Below, one piece after another: positions 11,341-23,535 of a stretch of DNA of 64,000 nucleotides. The position numbers were made by a program, and so were the translations under genes. Each line of letters begins with the position of its first letter. The first letter of the stretch is position 1. The stretch is taken from assembly GCA_000004985.1 (NCBI GenBank), contig GG738877.1, one strand, 5' to 3'. The notes under the pieces were generated by a model. The model saw only the letters and a program-made list of their open reading frames with translations. It was not told where the DNA came from and did not search any database. The stretch is from Naegleria gruberi. Taxonomy: Eukaryota.

Positions 11341-12417
11341 ATGGCAACCACTCTTTCCATTGATCTTCTTGCTTCTAATATCTTTGCTTACGCAGTTGAC
11401 CTTGATGATGCTAGTGTTGGAAAGGACATTCTAAACTATAGTTTAGTTTGTTCACATTGGGCTCAATGTTTTATCAATGTGAAGAGAATTGTATCTAATC
11501 AAGATGTTGCTGAAGACATGCAATACGAACAAGAAGCATTCTGGAAATTGTTATTCTCAACTTTACATTCCAGAACAGAATTTGAAAAACATGAAACATT
11601 CAATTATAGAGAATTGTACATGTTGAATACCATCCCAACCTTAGATTTTGAAAATCATGAACAAACTTTTATTGATGGACCATCAGGAAATCATCAATTG
11701 TTCTACAGTGGATCTTTGAATAGTTGCAATCTTCTCTCTAATTCGTTGAAGAATTTGCAAATTCACAAATTGGTGATGAGAAGAGTATTGAGAAGTTCTT
11801 ACGAAACTTTCATCAAGGATGGTAAAATTCTTGAAACAATGGTTGAATTCTTTGCCAATAGAGTGGTCAACCGTGAAGTTCCAAATCAAGAGTTGACTGA
11901 ATTTGATGTTCAATATGCTAAGGATGTTGAAGAAAGAATTACACAACCATTTAAAAAGTATCTCCTCTCCAAAGAATCTAACCCAAGAATTGGAGATTTC
12001 ATTGTTTCAAATGGTGAAAAATTCATTGAGAGATTCGAATATGCTGTCCATTATATGAAAACAGGACACAAGACTTGGGATGATTACTACTTCTTTAGAA
12101 TGAGAAAAGCTCTCTATCTTCTCATCCTTAGTGGAAAGGTTGATAATTTGAGTATTTTCGATAGTGCACTCATCATTCCAAGAGATTTTGATGGAATGGA
12201 AAGAGAAATGGAAGAGATTCCACCTCAACAATATGGAATTCCATTCCCAACCAATATGGAAGAGTTTAAAACATTCCTTGATGAAAATTGTTCCATAATT
12301 TTGGAAAATCCATTTTGTTCTGGTTATCATGGAAGCGTTGATTGTATTAACTTTTTAATCTTTTCTAAAGTTAAAAAGGGTTGTGGTTTTTACATTAACA
12401 TTGAAAGTACATCTTAA
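11341..12417 (+). CDS. Hypothetical protein (358 aa), possibly F-box-like at the N-terminus.
   Basis: ORF with ATG after a long A run. The N-terminus DILNYSLVCSHWAQCF weakly resembles an F-box. No further family assignment. Confidence 0.5.
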   Translation: MATTLSIDLLASNIFAYAVDLDDASVGKDILNYSLVCSHWAQCFINVKRIVSNQDVAEDMQYEQEAFWKLLFSTLHSRTEFEKHETFNYRELYMLNTIPTLDFENHEQTFIDGPSGNHQLFYSGSLNSCNLLSNSLKNLQIHKLVMRRVLRSSYETFIKDGKILETMVEFFANRVVNREVPNQELTEFDVQYAKDVEERITQPFKKYLLSKESNPRIGDFIVSNGEKFIERFEYAVHYMKTGHKTWDDYYFFRMRKALYLLILSGKVDNLSIFDSALIIPRDFDGMEREMEEIPPQQYGIPFPTNMEEFKTFLDENCSIILENPFCSGYHGSVDCINFLIFSKVKKGCGFYINIESTS

Positions 12418-13613
12418 TTTTTAGTGAATTAAAGTGAATTTGATTTAAGTCCAACAGCAATCTTTTAACCTTGCAAAAAGCAAAAAGACAACAGCTACAT
12501 GATCGGGATTGAACTTACAGATGATAAAAGCTTAGTATGATGAAGTGTGTATGAAAATTCCAGTGATTGTATTTGAATGGAAGAAAGTGGAAGAGGACGA
12601 AAACTACCATAATTTCGAGAAGAAGCCATCTTTCAATTTTGCCATTATTACTATTCCGCCCAGTTACTAAAATTGAAATATTCCAAAATGATGATGAGCT
12701 AATTGAAATACTAACAGTGATGAGTTGAGGTATTTGTTATTAAACAACGCTACTAGGAGGACTTACAAATATTTTTGGAAATTTCTTTTCCTTAATAGAA
12801 ATCCAAAAACTAACTAGTTAGTTTTAATTTACATTCCAATGAAATAATGTAGTGTTGAGTATTAAATATGAACCGTTTGTACCGAGTGAAAATTTCAGCG
12901 GTCAATTCTCAACGATCTATTGTAAAGAGTAGAAATTACGTAATCAATGACATCACATTTTCTCTTCTTTCATCATCAATCTTACTTCATCCAATTCAAC
13001 GAACATTGAACCATCCACACAAAGCAACAAATCCAATTCGAAAGTTGTGTGACATTTAGGGCCAACATATTTTATGATTCCACAAGTTCAAACGAATTCC
13101 CTTCGAGAGAATTTATTGTATTCTCAGCATGATTTTGAAGATCTTCCGTGATAATACAAAGTTTCTAAAATATTCATCTTCTCACCAATAAACACAATTG
13201 TTATTTTAGTGAAATCGCAAAGCTCATTGAGGAAGGGTAAATAACGTAATTTATTGGTTGTTTTTAAAATGCAATTTAAAAATAGCATCAAGTGTTGCTT
13301 GCAATGTCGTTCGCATATGTTCTTCTCGCTCAAATCTATCTTGAAAAAAAAGACCAAAACTTCATACCCCCCAAAAGCTTCCCTGCCTTTTTGCAAGCGG
13401 GAACAAGGAACTAAATTGAACCTGAACAAACTGCAAATTCACAAATTAACTAGAAAAACCTTTTGGATTAAAATACGAGAATTGTTTGAACATCAAACTC
13501 ACTCTTGATTGTTACTTTTTGAACAATGCTAAATACTTCATAGTTATTCTCTTCTTTTCCAATCTCTCTCACAACTTTGTAAACACTCCGAACGATAACT
13601 CTCTCCAATAGAA

Positions 13614-15032
13614 ATGAATCCACAAAACAATAACTTATTTGATAATAATCCATCCACACCATCCACTCCAACCTCCTCCTCGAGGAAAGCCAATGGTAAC
13701 AGATACCGTCCAACTAATCTCATAATTCCAAGTGTAATAGATGAAAACCATGTTGTAACGGTGACTTGTTTAACAAACAATAGCTCTGTCACTAGTCACG
13801 GTAATGCCTCAATGACTCCTTGTGAAAGTTGTCATTCGAGTTGCCTTTCTAGTGTTTCCTCTCCTTCTCAAACTCCTTTTGTACAAACATCCACGCTTCT
13901 CAATCAACATGAGAAGGAATTCTACAACTCTATGGGTTTTGAACTGGTAAAATCTTCGGTAGCCAAAGGAATTACAAGTACCGTTAATTTGGTGAGAAGA
14001 ATTGCTCCATTTTCAAATTGCACTGAAGAAGAAGTTGTTGAACAAGAATGTGGTGGAGAAGCTGCTGTTTCCTCAATTCCAACCTCCTCGTCTGGTTCCT
14101 ACTCTAAACCAGATCAATATCCAATCTCTAATTCATCCCTCTCCCCTGATAACGAAGACTCCCAGGAATCTCTCTACGAAGAATCAACTCTCTTCGCTGA
14201 AAAGGTTATTAGTCTCAATTCTGAACATACCAATCACTCACTGACAGACATTGAGCGTGAAGAACGTTGCTTATTAAAGTGTACTTCTTCACCTTACATT
14301 GTCAACTTGTACAAATCAACTCGATCAAGCAAGTACCATCACCGTTTCTTCTTGGAATACATTGATGGGTGTACAATTGCAGATTTAATAGAATCAAGAA
14401 GAGATGCCATTTGTGAGAAGGAACTTGCCTTGATTGCTCAACAATTATTACGAGCTTTAGTATTCCTTAAAGAGAAAGGATTACTTCACAGAGATATTAA
14501 AAGCGAGAATATTATGCTCTGTAAGAATGGTTGTGTCAAGTTGATAGACTTGGGACTTGCCATCGAATTGGACCAAGTCAATAATAACCGAGTTACTTCA
14601 CCTCATTCCAGTTCTACCTCTACAGAACCAGAGTCAGTTATCACAAAAGGTACCTACTCATTCATGTGCCCTAACAAATTACTAACTGGCAAGGAAAGTT
14701 TTGAAAGCGATTTATATAGTATGGGAATGACTCTTTTGGAACTCTTCCTTGGTCATTTACCTTTCGAATTTGATCAACAAGCAAACACTGATAGTTCATT
14801 CCCATTGGCAGACATTGTATCATTCGATATCGAGGAATATTGCATGCCTCTTGTTGAATCTGGAAGAATGAGCAATGAATTGAAACATTTTTTGACTTTG
14901 TGCATGAACAGGGATTGTGAAATGAGACCACACGTCCATTCATTACTTTCTCACCCATTCCTTTCTCATACCTTTGAAATGAGTCATTCTGAATTGTGTA
15001 TTTGCTTGAAAAGGCTTTTTACAGAGCGATGA
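13614..15032 (+). CDS. Ser/Thr protein kinase (472 aa) with an S/T-rich N-terminal region.
   Basis: ATG in an A-rich context. C-terminal kinase motifs: HRDIKSENIML, VKLIDLGLA and subdomain IX-XI-like residues. Confidence 0.8.
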   Translation: MNPQNNNLFDNNPSTPSTPTSSSRKANGNRYRPTNLIIPSVIDENHVVTVTCLTNNSSVTSHGNASMTPCESCHSSCLSSVSSPSQTPFVQTSTLLNQHEKEFYNSMGFELVKSSVAKGITSTVNLVRRIAPFSNCTEEEVVEQECGGEAAVSSIPTSSSGSYSKPDQYPISNSSLSPDNEDSQESLYEESTLFAEKVISLNSEHTNHSLTDIEREERCLLKCTSSPYIVNLYKSTRSSKYHHRFFLEYIDGCTIADLIESRRDAICEKELALIAQQLLRALVFLKEKGLLHRDIKSENIMLCKNGCVKLIDLGLAIELDQVNNNRVTSPHSSSTSTEPESVITKGTYSFMCPNKLLTGKESFESDLYSMGMTLLELFLGHLPFEFDQQANTDSSFPLADIVSFDIEEYCMPLVESGRMSNELKHFLTLCMNRDCEMRPHVHSLLSHPFLSHTFEMSHSELCICLKRLFTER

Positions 15033-15082
15033 AATAAAACTCAAAACAATTCTCAACAAAGCTGAGCGGTATTCTAAATTAT

Positions 15083-16126
15083 TTATCTGTAGAGTTGCAC
15101 TCTATTGTTGTAAGTGTCAGCCACTAGTAACGTCTCACTAGCATCATCAAAATAGACTCCATAGGGTTTTCTGAATTGAGAATTAGTTACTCCAAAAGTT
15201 CCAAAACTGTTTACAAACTCCTCCCTCTTACAATCGAAAAGTTGTACTCTGTGATTCGATTCATCTGCCACAAATATCAAACCTTTCTTTTTTGATAATG
15301 AAATTCCTCTTGGCAATTTTAAATTACAAAATGAAGAGCCTCCCTTACCAAATGATTTCTGGGAATATTCAAGATTATTTGATGTGATAGATTTTTTAAA
15401 TTTCACAATTCTAAGACAATGACCATTCATATCGCTCACATATAGAGATTTTGTAGAATCATCAAAATCTATAGCAAATGGTTTTCTGAATGGATTATTG
15501 TTTTCTAATTGTATATTTCCTATTCTGTTCACTTCTGTTCCATCTTTAGAATTCAACATTATTACTGACTCAGAGGAAGTGTCACAAACTAAAATTATAT
15601 TCGAATTATTTCTATATGAAACACACAACCCAGTTGGATATCCTACACTAATATATTTCCAATATGTATGGCCAGATTTAGTACCCTTACGTATCTTTAG
15701 TTTCAATACTTGATTCATAGAAGTTCCAACAATCAAGGCATCCCTTTCCTCTCCTTTTTCTACACACAACGACAATGGTTGACCACTTAGCAACTGGATA
15801 GTCTCCTCCAAAATCCTTGTCAATAAATTAAATCCCAATATTCTTCCATTGTAATAATCACCAACAAGTATCAATTGTGAAGAATGAGAAACTGTAACAC
15901 ACCAAGGACAAGATATCAATCCATCTCCAATCGTACCAACATATCGGAATCCAATTGCAGAAAGTGATCTCATCCTCGAACAGAGTAACTGAAATAATTC
16001 CCTATCATCAAATAAATGTTGATTACATTGTTTTAATGATGACGATGAATTAATAACTTTTTGATTTGGAATATTTGAATAATTTTCCTTCTGTTGCACA
16101 AAATCCACCAGAATAATTCTTGTCAT
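15083..16126 (-). CDS. NHL-repeat (six-bladed beta-propeller) protein (347 aa).
   Basis: Repeated NHL-type motifs: SNHRVQLFD, YNNRVQLYR, LYVSDMNGHCLRIV, LIFVADESNHRV. ATG follows an 8-A run. Confidence 0.75.
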   Translation of the reverse strand: MTRIILVDFVQQKENYSNIPNQKVINSSSSLKQCNQHLFDDRELFQLLCSRMRSLSAIGFRYVGTIGDGLISCPWCVTVSHSSQLILVGDYYNGRILGFNLLTRILEETIQLLSGQPLSLCVEKGEERDALIVGTSMNQVLKLKIRKGTKSGHTYWKYISVGYPTGLCVSYRNNSNIILVCDTSSESVIMLNSKDGTEVNRIGNIQLENNNPFRKPFAIDFDDSTKSLYVSDMNGHCLRIVKFKKSITSNNLEYSQKSFGKGGSSFCNLKLPRGISLSKKKGLIFVADESNHRVQLFDCKREEFVNSFGTFGVTNSQFRKPYGVYFDDASETLLVADTYNNRVQLYR

Positions 16127-16260
16127 TTTTTTTTGTAACTTGAAATCTTCTACTATTTATACCTTCTAGGTAAGTTTATTATCTTTCCTAGACAAATGTT
16201 AAGAAAATTGTTGTTACTCAAATACTACCAATCAAAGTGTTTACAATTTTTTTGAGATGA

Positions 16261-18792
16261 ATGAACTCTAAACAGCAAAAGGATTTGAAATTTATTTTTA
16301 GATCACAAAAAAATAGCACACAAATGACAACAGAAGCAACAACATTACTTCCTGATTATGTTTTGAGAGCCGAGTGTAAGGGACATATTGATCAGTGTCG
16401 TACGATTTGTGCTAATCCACTTGTGGATGGAGGTATTGTCACAGGATCATTGGATTGTACAGTGAAAACATGGGCTCCTAATCCAAATTATAAGGAGGAA
16501 CAAACTAATATCGAAAATACAATGTTTGATGGTGAGGAATTGAACAATGCTAGAAAGCAAAGTGAATATCAATGCTCTTTGACAATGGTTGGACACGAAA
16601 AATTCATCACATCTATTGATTATCTTCCTGATCATTATGTAGTTTCCGGATCACACGACAAATCACTCATTGTTTGGAATGTTGTTGATGGAACTCCAGT
16701 GAAGAGTTATCCAAATGCTCATAGCAATGCAGTCAGTTGTTTATCTGTTGACAAATATACAAACACTATAATTTCAGGTTCTTGGGATAAGTAAGTACTT
16801 TTAGTTTTTAAAAAATCGATTTATTCACACTTAACAGATCTGCAAAGACATGGCATTTTGATAAGGATGCAGCCATTTCCGAATTGAAGGGACATGAACA
16901 AAACGTTTTGTGTGTTCTAGGCTTACAAAATGGTATTATTATCACTGGTAGTGGCGATGGAAGTATTAAATTCTGGGAAAATGGAAAGGAAACTCGTGAC
17001 ATTGCTGCTGCTCATTCATCATGTGTTAGATCTCTCAAAGAATTACCAGGTATTGGATTTTTATCAGCATCAAATGATGGTACTGTTAAAACCTGGACTT
17101 TACAAGGAGATTGTATTGGACATATTCAAGCACACAATACATTAGTTTATTCTGTTGAAGTAGCACCATCAGGAGAAATCTTGACAGCCAGTGAAGATAA
17201 AACTGTTAAAATTTGGAGAGGTGATTCTTTGGTACAAACCATTGAACACCCAGGATGTGTCTGGCAGGTTGTTTGTCTTCCAAATGGTGATATTGCTACA
17301 GCTTGTTCTGATTGTGTTGCCAGAGTATTTACTAAAAATCCAGAAAAGGTTGCCAATCCACTAATTATTCAAAGCTTTAATGATAATATTGCAAATTCAA
17401 AGAAAAAGAAGAGTGGAGTTGATCCAACTAAATTGACTACAGAATTAGCCTTGCAAAATACAAAGGGTACATCAGATGGTGAAATCAAACTTGTCAATAA
17501 TAGTGGTATTCCAGAAGCTTATTCTTGGAATGCTGCTCAACAAAAGTGGGATAAACTTGGTGAAATTACAGATGGACCAGGTGTAGGAGATGGATTCTCT
17601 CAAAGAACTTTCTACAATGGTAAAATGTATGATTACGTTTTCGATGTAGAACTTGAACATGGAAGTGGAATGAAGACTTTCAAACTTCCATATAATAAGG
17701 GTGATAACCCATATTTTGCTGCTCAACAATTTATTTGGGATAATAATCTTGGACAAAACTATTTGGAACAAATTGCTCGTTTCGTTATGGATAATGCTGA
17801 TGCTCATGATACTGTACCATCAGACTTTGTTGCTGGAGATCCTTATACTGGTCACCAAAGAGAAACTTTCGCTGCCAAGCGTCCAGGTACTGAATCAAAC
17901 CCAACTACTTCCTCTCCATTCTCTCAAGAACAAGATAAATATCAAAAGGAATTAGAAGAAAGAGAAAGACAAAAGAAGGTCAAACATTTCCCAGCTACCA
18001 CCAAGGTCTTTGATCAAGCCAACTATGATGGTATCCTTAAAAAGCTCAATGAATTTAATGAAAATGTAAAGACATCTGATGCATCTCTTGCTCTCTTACC
18101 AACTGAATGCACTACTTTGACACAATTATGTACAATTCTCAAGGCCGGTCAAGGTGAAAAAGTCACTTTAGCACATGTTGCTGTTGTTGAAAAAGATGCT
18201 TAACTGGCCAATTGAAAAAGTTTTCCCAGCTGTAGATTTATTCAGATTATTGATTTTAGCCAACCCAGTTGCTAATCATTACTCTGAACAATATAAGAAT
18301 GGCACCAATATTTTGATCAAATTGGTAACCTTGTGCTTTAACCCAACAACCACATACGCTGCTTTGAAGATGCTGGCTTTTAGAGCTTTAGCTAACATGT
18401 TCTATACACAACAACTTAAATTCATTATTTCCAAGCATGCCCAGATCGTCATTGACAATGCTGCTAAATCTGTTGATACGACCAATGCCAACATGAGAGC
18501 AGCCTATTCATACTTTTTGCTTAATACTGCTGTCAGTATTCACACAAACACTCAATCAGATGCATTGAAAGAGAAACTCTTGGCCTTAATCATCCAAGGT
18601 ATTCCTGATGAAACAGATCACAATATCCTGTATGACTTGTTGTGTGCTGCTGGTACAGTTTTGACAGGAGCTAGCGAATCTATAAAGGCTATTGGAAAAC
18701 AACACATTCAGACATTTGCACAAAAATCAGCCAATCCAACAGCTAGAGTAGCAGCTGCTGCTTTCCAAGTTGTTTCCCTGTTAAACCAATAA
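16261..18792 (+). CDS. PLAA/Doa1/Ufd3 homolog (WD40 + PFU + PUL domains). Exons 16261..16790 and 16838..about 18160, then a frame discontinuity near 18160-18200 before the PUL-domain part 18172/18196..18792.
   Basis: WD40 N-terminus (LRAECKGHIDQCR..., SGSWDK). The GTAAGT intron 16791..16837 (47 nt) restores the frame (..SGSWDKSAKTWHFDKDAAISELKGHEQ). The PUL start LNWPIEKVFPAVDLFRLLIL lies in a +1 frame relative to the PFU part (see findings). Confidence 0.75.
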
Positions 18793-18836
18793 ATTGTACA
18801 TTTACTCATTATCTTTATTTTGGAAGATAATTTAAA

Positions 18837-20196
18837 TTATTCGATTCTCAGTAAATACTCTGATTGAAAAGCCATTGTTACAAAATTTAGATCCTTGTCA
18901 GCTTCAGCTGTTTTCCCAATTCCATTAAGCAATTGAGATCTAAACTCAATTAACGTTAGGAGTTTGTATTCATTTTCAACTGCAGATCCATCAATATTCT
19001 TAATTCCTTGATCAACAATGGAAATAGCGTCTTCAAGTGAATTTGAAGAGCATGCTTGTGTAATGTAAATTGTATAATTTTTTGGGTATTTCTTGCTTAA
19101 TTCCTCTAATTCTTCCTTGAATTTTTGTTTCGAATAGGCTTTATAAGGATTATTCCTTAGCATTTTTTCCAGAGCCGAGATTCGTTCAACTTCCATTACT
19201 TCCACCTGATCAGGGTTTGTGACAAATTTCAATACTGTCTCACTATCTTCCACAATCTGAGCGTAATTATCCGTTCTAGCATTTGTAGACATTCTGTTAG
19301 AGTAAACAAGTATATAGTTAGAGCAATTTTCAACAGCTTTACCTAAATATTTAAGTGCTGTTTCAGATTCCGTGTTAATATAACAACATCCAATATTGTT
19401 ATAGCATAGTGCTCTTCCCACCTTGAGTATTCTTTCTTTATGCTCTGGATAGTAAAAATTTGGAACATTACAACCATTTTCCAAGCTTGTGATTGCATTT
19501 TCAAATTCTTTGATTGCATCAGCATATAAATCAATATCCATCATAACACAACCAGCGTTGAAGATTGAAAAGAATGGTGTAAAAATATCAAACAATGAAT
19601 ACATTGTTTCTGCCATATTTCTTGATATCGAATAAAATGATTGATAATATTCCAATACTGTTTCCTTTTCAATTTTAAAAGCACTCAAATATAAATCTTT
19701 AGATTTTCTATAATTTTGTGCAACCTATTATTATTTAATTTCAATATGAAAGTAAATTAAAAACTGTTGTAATATTATATACATACCTCCTCTATATATC
19801 CATCACATAACAAAGTCCAAAATGGATGTCCTCTACAAACGAATTTTGTGATCGTGACAGCCCGAAGCATTTCCTTTTGATTACTTGTCTGAAAATACAG
19901 TAGTGCTCTCTTATAATAAGCCTCTATTAAATTAATAATAATACCAATATAATTCCTATCATCACTCCGAACTAAAACTAACCTGGTTGGAATGGGCATA
20001 AATCAATAGCCTTCAATAATTCATCATGTGCTGCTTTAAAATTCCTTTCAAACCGAACGGAATCAACAGAAATCATCACTTGACGATACTTTTTTCCGAT
20101 TTCTATTAATTCCTCCTCTTTCCAATCTTTTAGAGATGGTGCTCCATTGATCAATCCAGTTTCAGCGATTGGAGGAGCCAATCCAATGTGTTGCAT
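18837..20196 (-). CDS. Hypothetical TPR-like/helical-repeat protein. Three exons (minus strand): 19983..20196, 19787..19923, 18837..19724.
   Basis: ATG at 20196 follows an 8-A run. The GTTAGT donor plus ..ttaatag acceptor give a 59-nt intron that reconciles ORFs 19978..20196 and 19775..19999. The GTATGT donor plus ..aataatag acceptor give a 62-nt intron joining ORF 18837..19688. Both junctions are in frame. Confidence 0.6.
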
Positions 20197-20250
20197 TTTT
20201 TTTAAATAAATATTAGAAAATATATGTTGTAAATTTTTATTATTTAAAGA

Positions 20251-23200
20251 TTACAATAAATGAGTGATTACTTCCTTGCCACTTCCCTTGATGAGTAATA
20301 TTTTGGAGGAAATATTTTGAGTGAGATGTTTCAAACATAGTACATAATCCAAATTTGAAAGATTTGATGTTAATGAGGGAAGGTTTACAATGACAAGTTG
20401 TGTATCTTTTGGAGTGGAATGTTGTCGAATGATGGTATTGATTCTTGATGAGGTATTCAAATAGTCAGTAATGGTCAGGTTGGGAACATTCGAATATTGA
20501 GTACTCAATTCGTCAGTTGGGGTTGTTGGATTATTTTCAATATTAATGGAAACTTCATCTGCATTTTGTTGCGGTGTCGATGGAAAATTGAAAACCAGAG
20601 AATCTAATCCTTCATGATACGACATGGATCTCACATCTCTAAAGATGGACTTGTTAATTTTGCTTGAGGGTTTCAACATTCGTTCTCTTTCTCTTTGGTC
20701 ATGTGTCACAACGAATGGAGAAACATCGTGTGGTCTCATGTAGAGAACGTGACACTCTGCTTCAAATCTTAAATGATATAGGATATCGTGAACTCCTTCC
20801 TTAATCATTTCTAAACTAGAAGTATCATCAACAACAGTATAGATTCGTATTTTGCACTTTCTCCAAACTTTGTGTTTTTGGAGTAAGAAAGTTATGAGTA
20901 ATTCGAGTCCTCCTTCATAAATAATCCAATAGAGATCTATGAATCCACATTGTTCTTCCTCTCCAAATTCTCCCTTAGCTATAATAACAGCTTTTCTACT
21001 AATTTCTGCGTATTTTAACATTTCAACAAAGTTTCTAGCACTGATCTTGTCATCACTCATTGGGAATCCAGAAACAATTGTATTGGGAGTTAGAGGACCC
21101 AATCCACAATTCTGAATCAAATGATTGATACCCTCCTGAAAATTCTTAGCCACAATGACTTGAGAAAATCCAGTAATTGACTTCTCTTTCATTTTCAGGG
21201 AAAGGGCAAGTTGTTCCTTTCGAGCAATCTTGAACTTTTTCTTGTAATTTCCTTCAATGATGGCTGCAACTACACACAGACCTTGTCCCTTCTTGAGTTG
21301 GTTTGCAACATTGAGAATATCAGCATGTGAAATGGTATTGTTTGGAAGAATCTTTACGAGACACAAGAGTTGAGGTCTCCAATTCGACTTCTCGTGATAG
21401 GAACTGGTGGAGGAGTTAGGGTTTGTTTCACATGAATAGAGAGCATTGAGGGCAGTTTGCAATTTAACTCCACTCATAGCATCGCCAAATGCATTGGTTT
21501 CATTACTGACCTCAATAAGAATGTACAACAAGAGGCCAATGATGGCACATAACAGAGTCCAATACCATCCAATTAAAAACATGCAAATAGCACATACAAA
21601 GAATCCAAATACCCCTAACGACCAATGATAATACATCCACCTAGGCCTCCAATTAGGGCTAATACTGGCAACAAAAGTCGAAATATTGAGGAAAGCAAAT
21701 GAGAAGAGAATGAGCATGGCAATAAACGTTGAGATACTTTCCAAATTACCTAGAAAAAGGGGGATGATAGCAAGGAGAGCAGAAAATAAAGTAGCCTTCC
21801 TCATATTCACTGAACCCTTGCTTGTTAAATAGTGCAATGGAATGAATGAAATAATATTCTCGTCAACAATGGCTTGTACCACTCGAGGTGCAACCACAAG
21901 AGCTTGGATTCCTTCTCCCAATATTGCAATCAACATGCCAACTTTTACAATATAGGTTCCAATCGATAAACCAAAATCTGGAAAGGCAACCAGAGCAAAA
22001 TAAGCTGTATTCTCTCTCATCTCATCTCTCTTTCCAACAAAGCTCAACAGAATGAAAATTAGTACATACACAAAAGTGGAGGTAAGCAGTGAGGCAATAG
22101 TTCCAATAGGAATATTTCTTTGAATATGTTTAACATGCCCTGATCGATTGATTCCTGCCAAAATTCCAACTACACTTGGAAATATGACAGCCATCACTGA
22201 AAAGAAATCTTGTCCATGCTGGAATTGAGGTGGAAAATTTGCAACAAAATTATTCCACTTTGCTGATGTTATATGATATTCTGTTTTGACAGTTACAAAA
22301 CATCCAATGATAAATAACAGAATTGTAATGAATGTTGCAATAATAAAGATCAATTCAAATCTTACAACATGTCTGAAACCAATGAAAACAAGTAGGAATA
22401 TTAAAAATAGGAATCCAATGGCTAGAATAATTAAATCCCAGTAAGGATGTTGTAAATCAGAATCTATCATTTTGAAATACGGATAGTATATTCTGATGGT
22501 TGACATTAATAAATCTGCAGCTGCAAATGAGTGAAGGGACAATAGGAAAATGAAACCAACAAAATAAATCAGACCCAAACTTCCAGCAAATTGATTTCCA
22601 AGCACTCTTGACATAATGGCTATCGTTCCACCAGATTTTAACAATCCATTTGTAACTACACTTGTTAAGCTTAACCATGTTAATATAGCACAAATTACTG
22701 ATATGAAAATATACAAGAGGGAGAATGCCAATCCAGCATTTGCCAAAATCCAAGGTACTTTCAAGAAAAGAATAGTACCAAGCACTGAAGAAATGCAAGG
22801 AATATAAACTCCCTCAATTAGTCCATACTTTTTCTCTTCTTTTGGTTTGGTATTTGGTGAAATAGCAGCAGTACTGGAAGAAGGAGGAATTTGATTGGAA
22901 GGAGATGTTATCGATTCTTGTTGTAGAGAAACCACAGAACTTCTTCTCTTTTCCAGAGTTTGAGACATTCTCGAAAGTGGATCAGTGGAAATAATTTCAT
23001 TGAGGGTACTTTTAGATTTTTCATCTTGTAAAATGTTTACAATAGATGGTCTATTGTAAAACCCTTTCATTTCTTTGTCCAAATTTGAAATAGGTATAAT
23101 ATCGCTTTCCTTAAAACTTGTTTGGGAAATTGCATCCTCATCCTCTGTATGTATAGATAAATCATCACCACCAGAAATTACATTATCTAAATCCCACTTT

Positions 23201-23535
23201 TCCATCAAATCAGTTGTCTTTACACTATCAGCATCACTCAAATTCTCCGATTGTGAATAATCAGTACTAATCTGATTTGGTGGAGGAGAGGGTATTCTAA
23301 CATTTGATTCTTCATTCCATCTCAAAGATTTAGAACCAATAACAGGTTCTGCACTCGTTGCCTCGGCCTTTCTTAAAATCGATGAAGGGGAAGGCCTCAA
23401 AGTGTAACTATCCAATGTATTGTTATCAATTACATTGGTATTATTACTCTCATGAATCTGGGCAGAGTTTATCAAGTCTGGTGTGCTAATCGACCGTCTG
23501 TGTTGATGGATTGGTTGAGGTGATTGTGGCTGCAT
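20251..23535 (-). CDS. SLC12 cation-chloride cotransporter (KCC/NKCC family), 1094 aa, single exon.
   Basis: Long ORF with 12 predicted transmembrane segments. Characteristic CCC segments (GGTIAIMSRVLGNQFAGSLGLIYFVGF, the AAPRVVQAIVDENI region) and a large cytosolic C-terminal domain. ATG in an A-rich context. Confidence 0.85.
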   Translation of the reverse strand: MQPQSPQPIHQHRRSISTPDLINSAQIHESNNTNVIDNNTLDSYTLRPSPSSILRKAEATSAEPVIGSKSLRWNEESNVRIPSPPPNQISTDYSQSENLSDADSVKTTDLMEKWDLDNVISGGDDLSIHTEDEDAISQTSFKESDIIPISNLDKEMKGFYNRPSIVNILQDEKSKSTLNEIISTDPLSRMSQTLEKRRSSVVSLQQESITSPSNQIPPSSSTAAISPNTKPKEEKKYGLIEGVYIPCISSVLGTILFLKVPWILANAGLAFSLLYIFISVICAILTWLSLTSVVTNGLLKSGGTIAIMSRVLGNQFAGSLGLIYFVGFIFLLSLHSFAAADLLMSTIRIYYPYFKMIDSDLQHPYWDLIILAIGFLFLIFLLVFIGFRHVVRFELIFIIATFITILLFIIGCFVTVKTEYHITSAKWNNFVANFPPQFQHGQDFFSVMAVIFPSVVGILAGINRSGHVKHIQRNIPIGTIASLLTSTFVYVLIFILLSFVGKRDEMRENTAYFALVAFPDFGLSIGTYIVKVGMLIAILGEGIQALVVAPRVVQAIVDENIISFIPLHYLTSKGSVNMRKATLFSALLAIIPLFLGNLESISTFIAMLILFSFAFLNISTFVASISPNWRPRWMYYHWSLGVFGFFVCAICMFLIGWYWTLLCAIIGLLLYILIEVSNETNAFGDAMSGVKLQTALNALYSCETNPNSSTSSYHEKSNWRPQLLCLVKILPNNTISHADILNVANQLKKGQGLCVVAAIIEGNYKKKFKIARKEQLALSLKMKEKSITGFSQVIVAKNFQEGINHLIQNCGLGPLTPNTIVSGFPMSDDKISARNFVEMLKYAEISRKAVIIAKGEFGEEEQCGFIDLYWIIYEGGLELLITFLLQKHKVWRKCKIRIYTVVDDTSSLEMIKEGVHDILYHLRFEAECHVLYMRPHDVSPFVVTHDQRERERMLKPSSKINKSIFRDVRSMSYHEGLDSLVFNFPSTPQQNADEVSINIENNPTTPTDELSTQYSNVPNLTITDYLNTSSRINTIIRQHSTPKDTQLVIVNLPSLTSNLSNLDYVLCLKHLTQNISSKILLIKGSGKEVITHLL

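Noticed and set aside
12640-12740. Possible box C/D snoRNA (atgatgatga ... tgatga)
   Set aside because: No CTGA D box or terminal stem was found. The TGATGA strings are likely chance in AT-rich DNA.
12868-13792. Cluster of 60-101-aa ORFs on both strands upstream of the kinase gene
   Set aside because: They are mutually overlapping and low complexity, lack an ATG in good context, and the region behaves as a promoter/5' UTR.
18162-18195. 34-nt GTCACT...AG intron as the fix for the PLAA frame break
   Set aside because: The donor is non-consensus and the length is below every other intron in the window. Kept only as an alternative in the finding.
21446-22807. Several 60-113-aa ORFs inside the SLC12 gene
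   Set aside because: They are antisense or out-of-frame reads of a long conserved transporter ORF.
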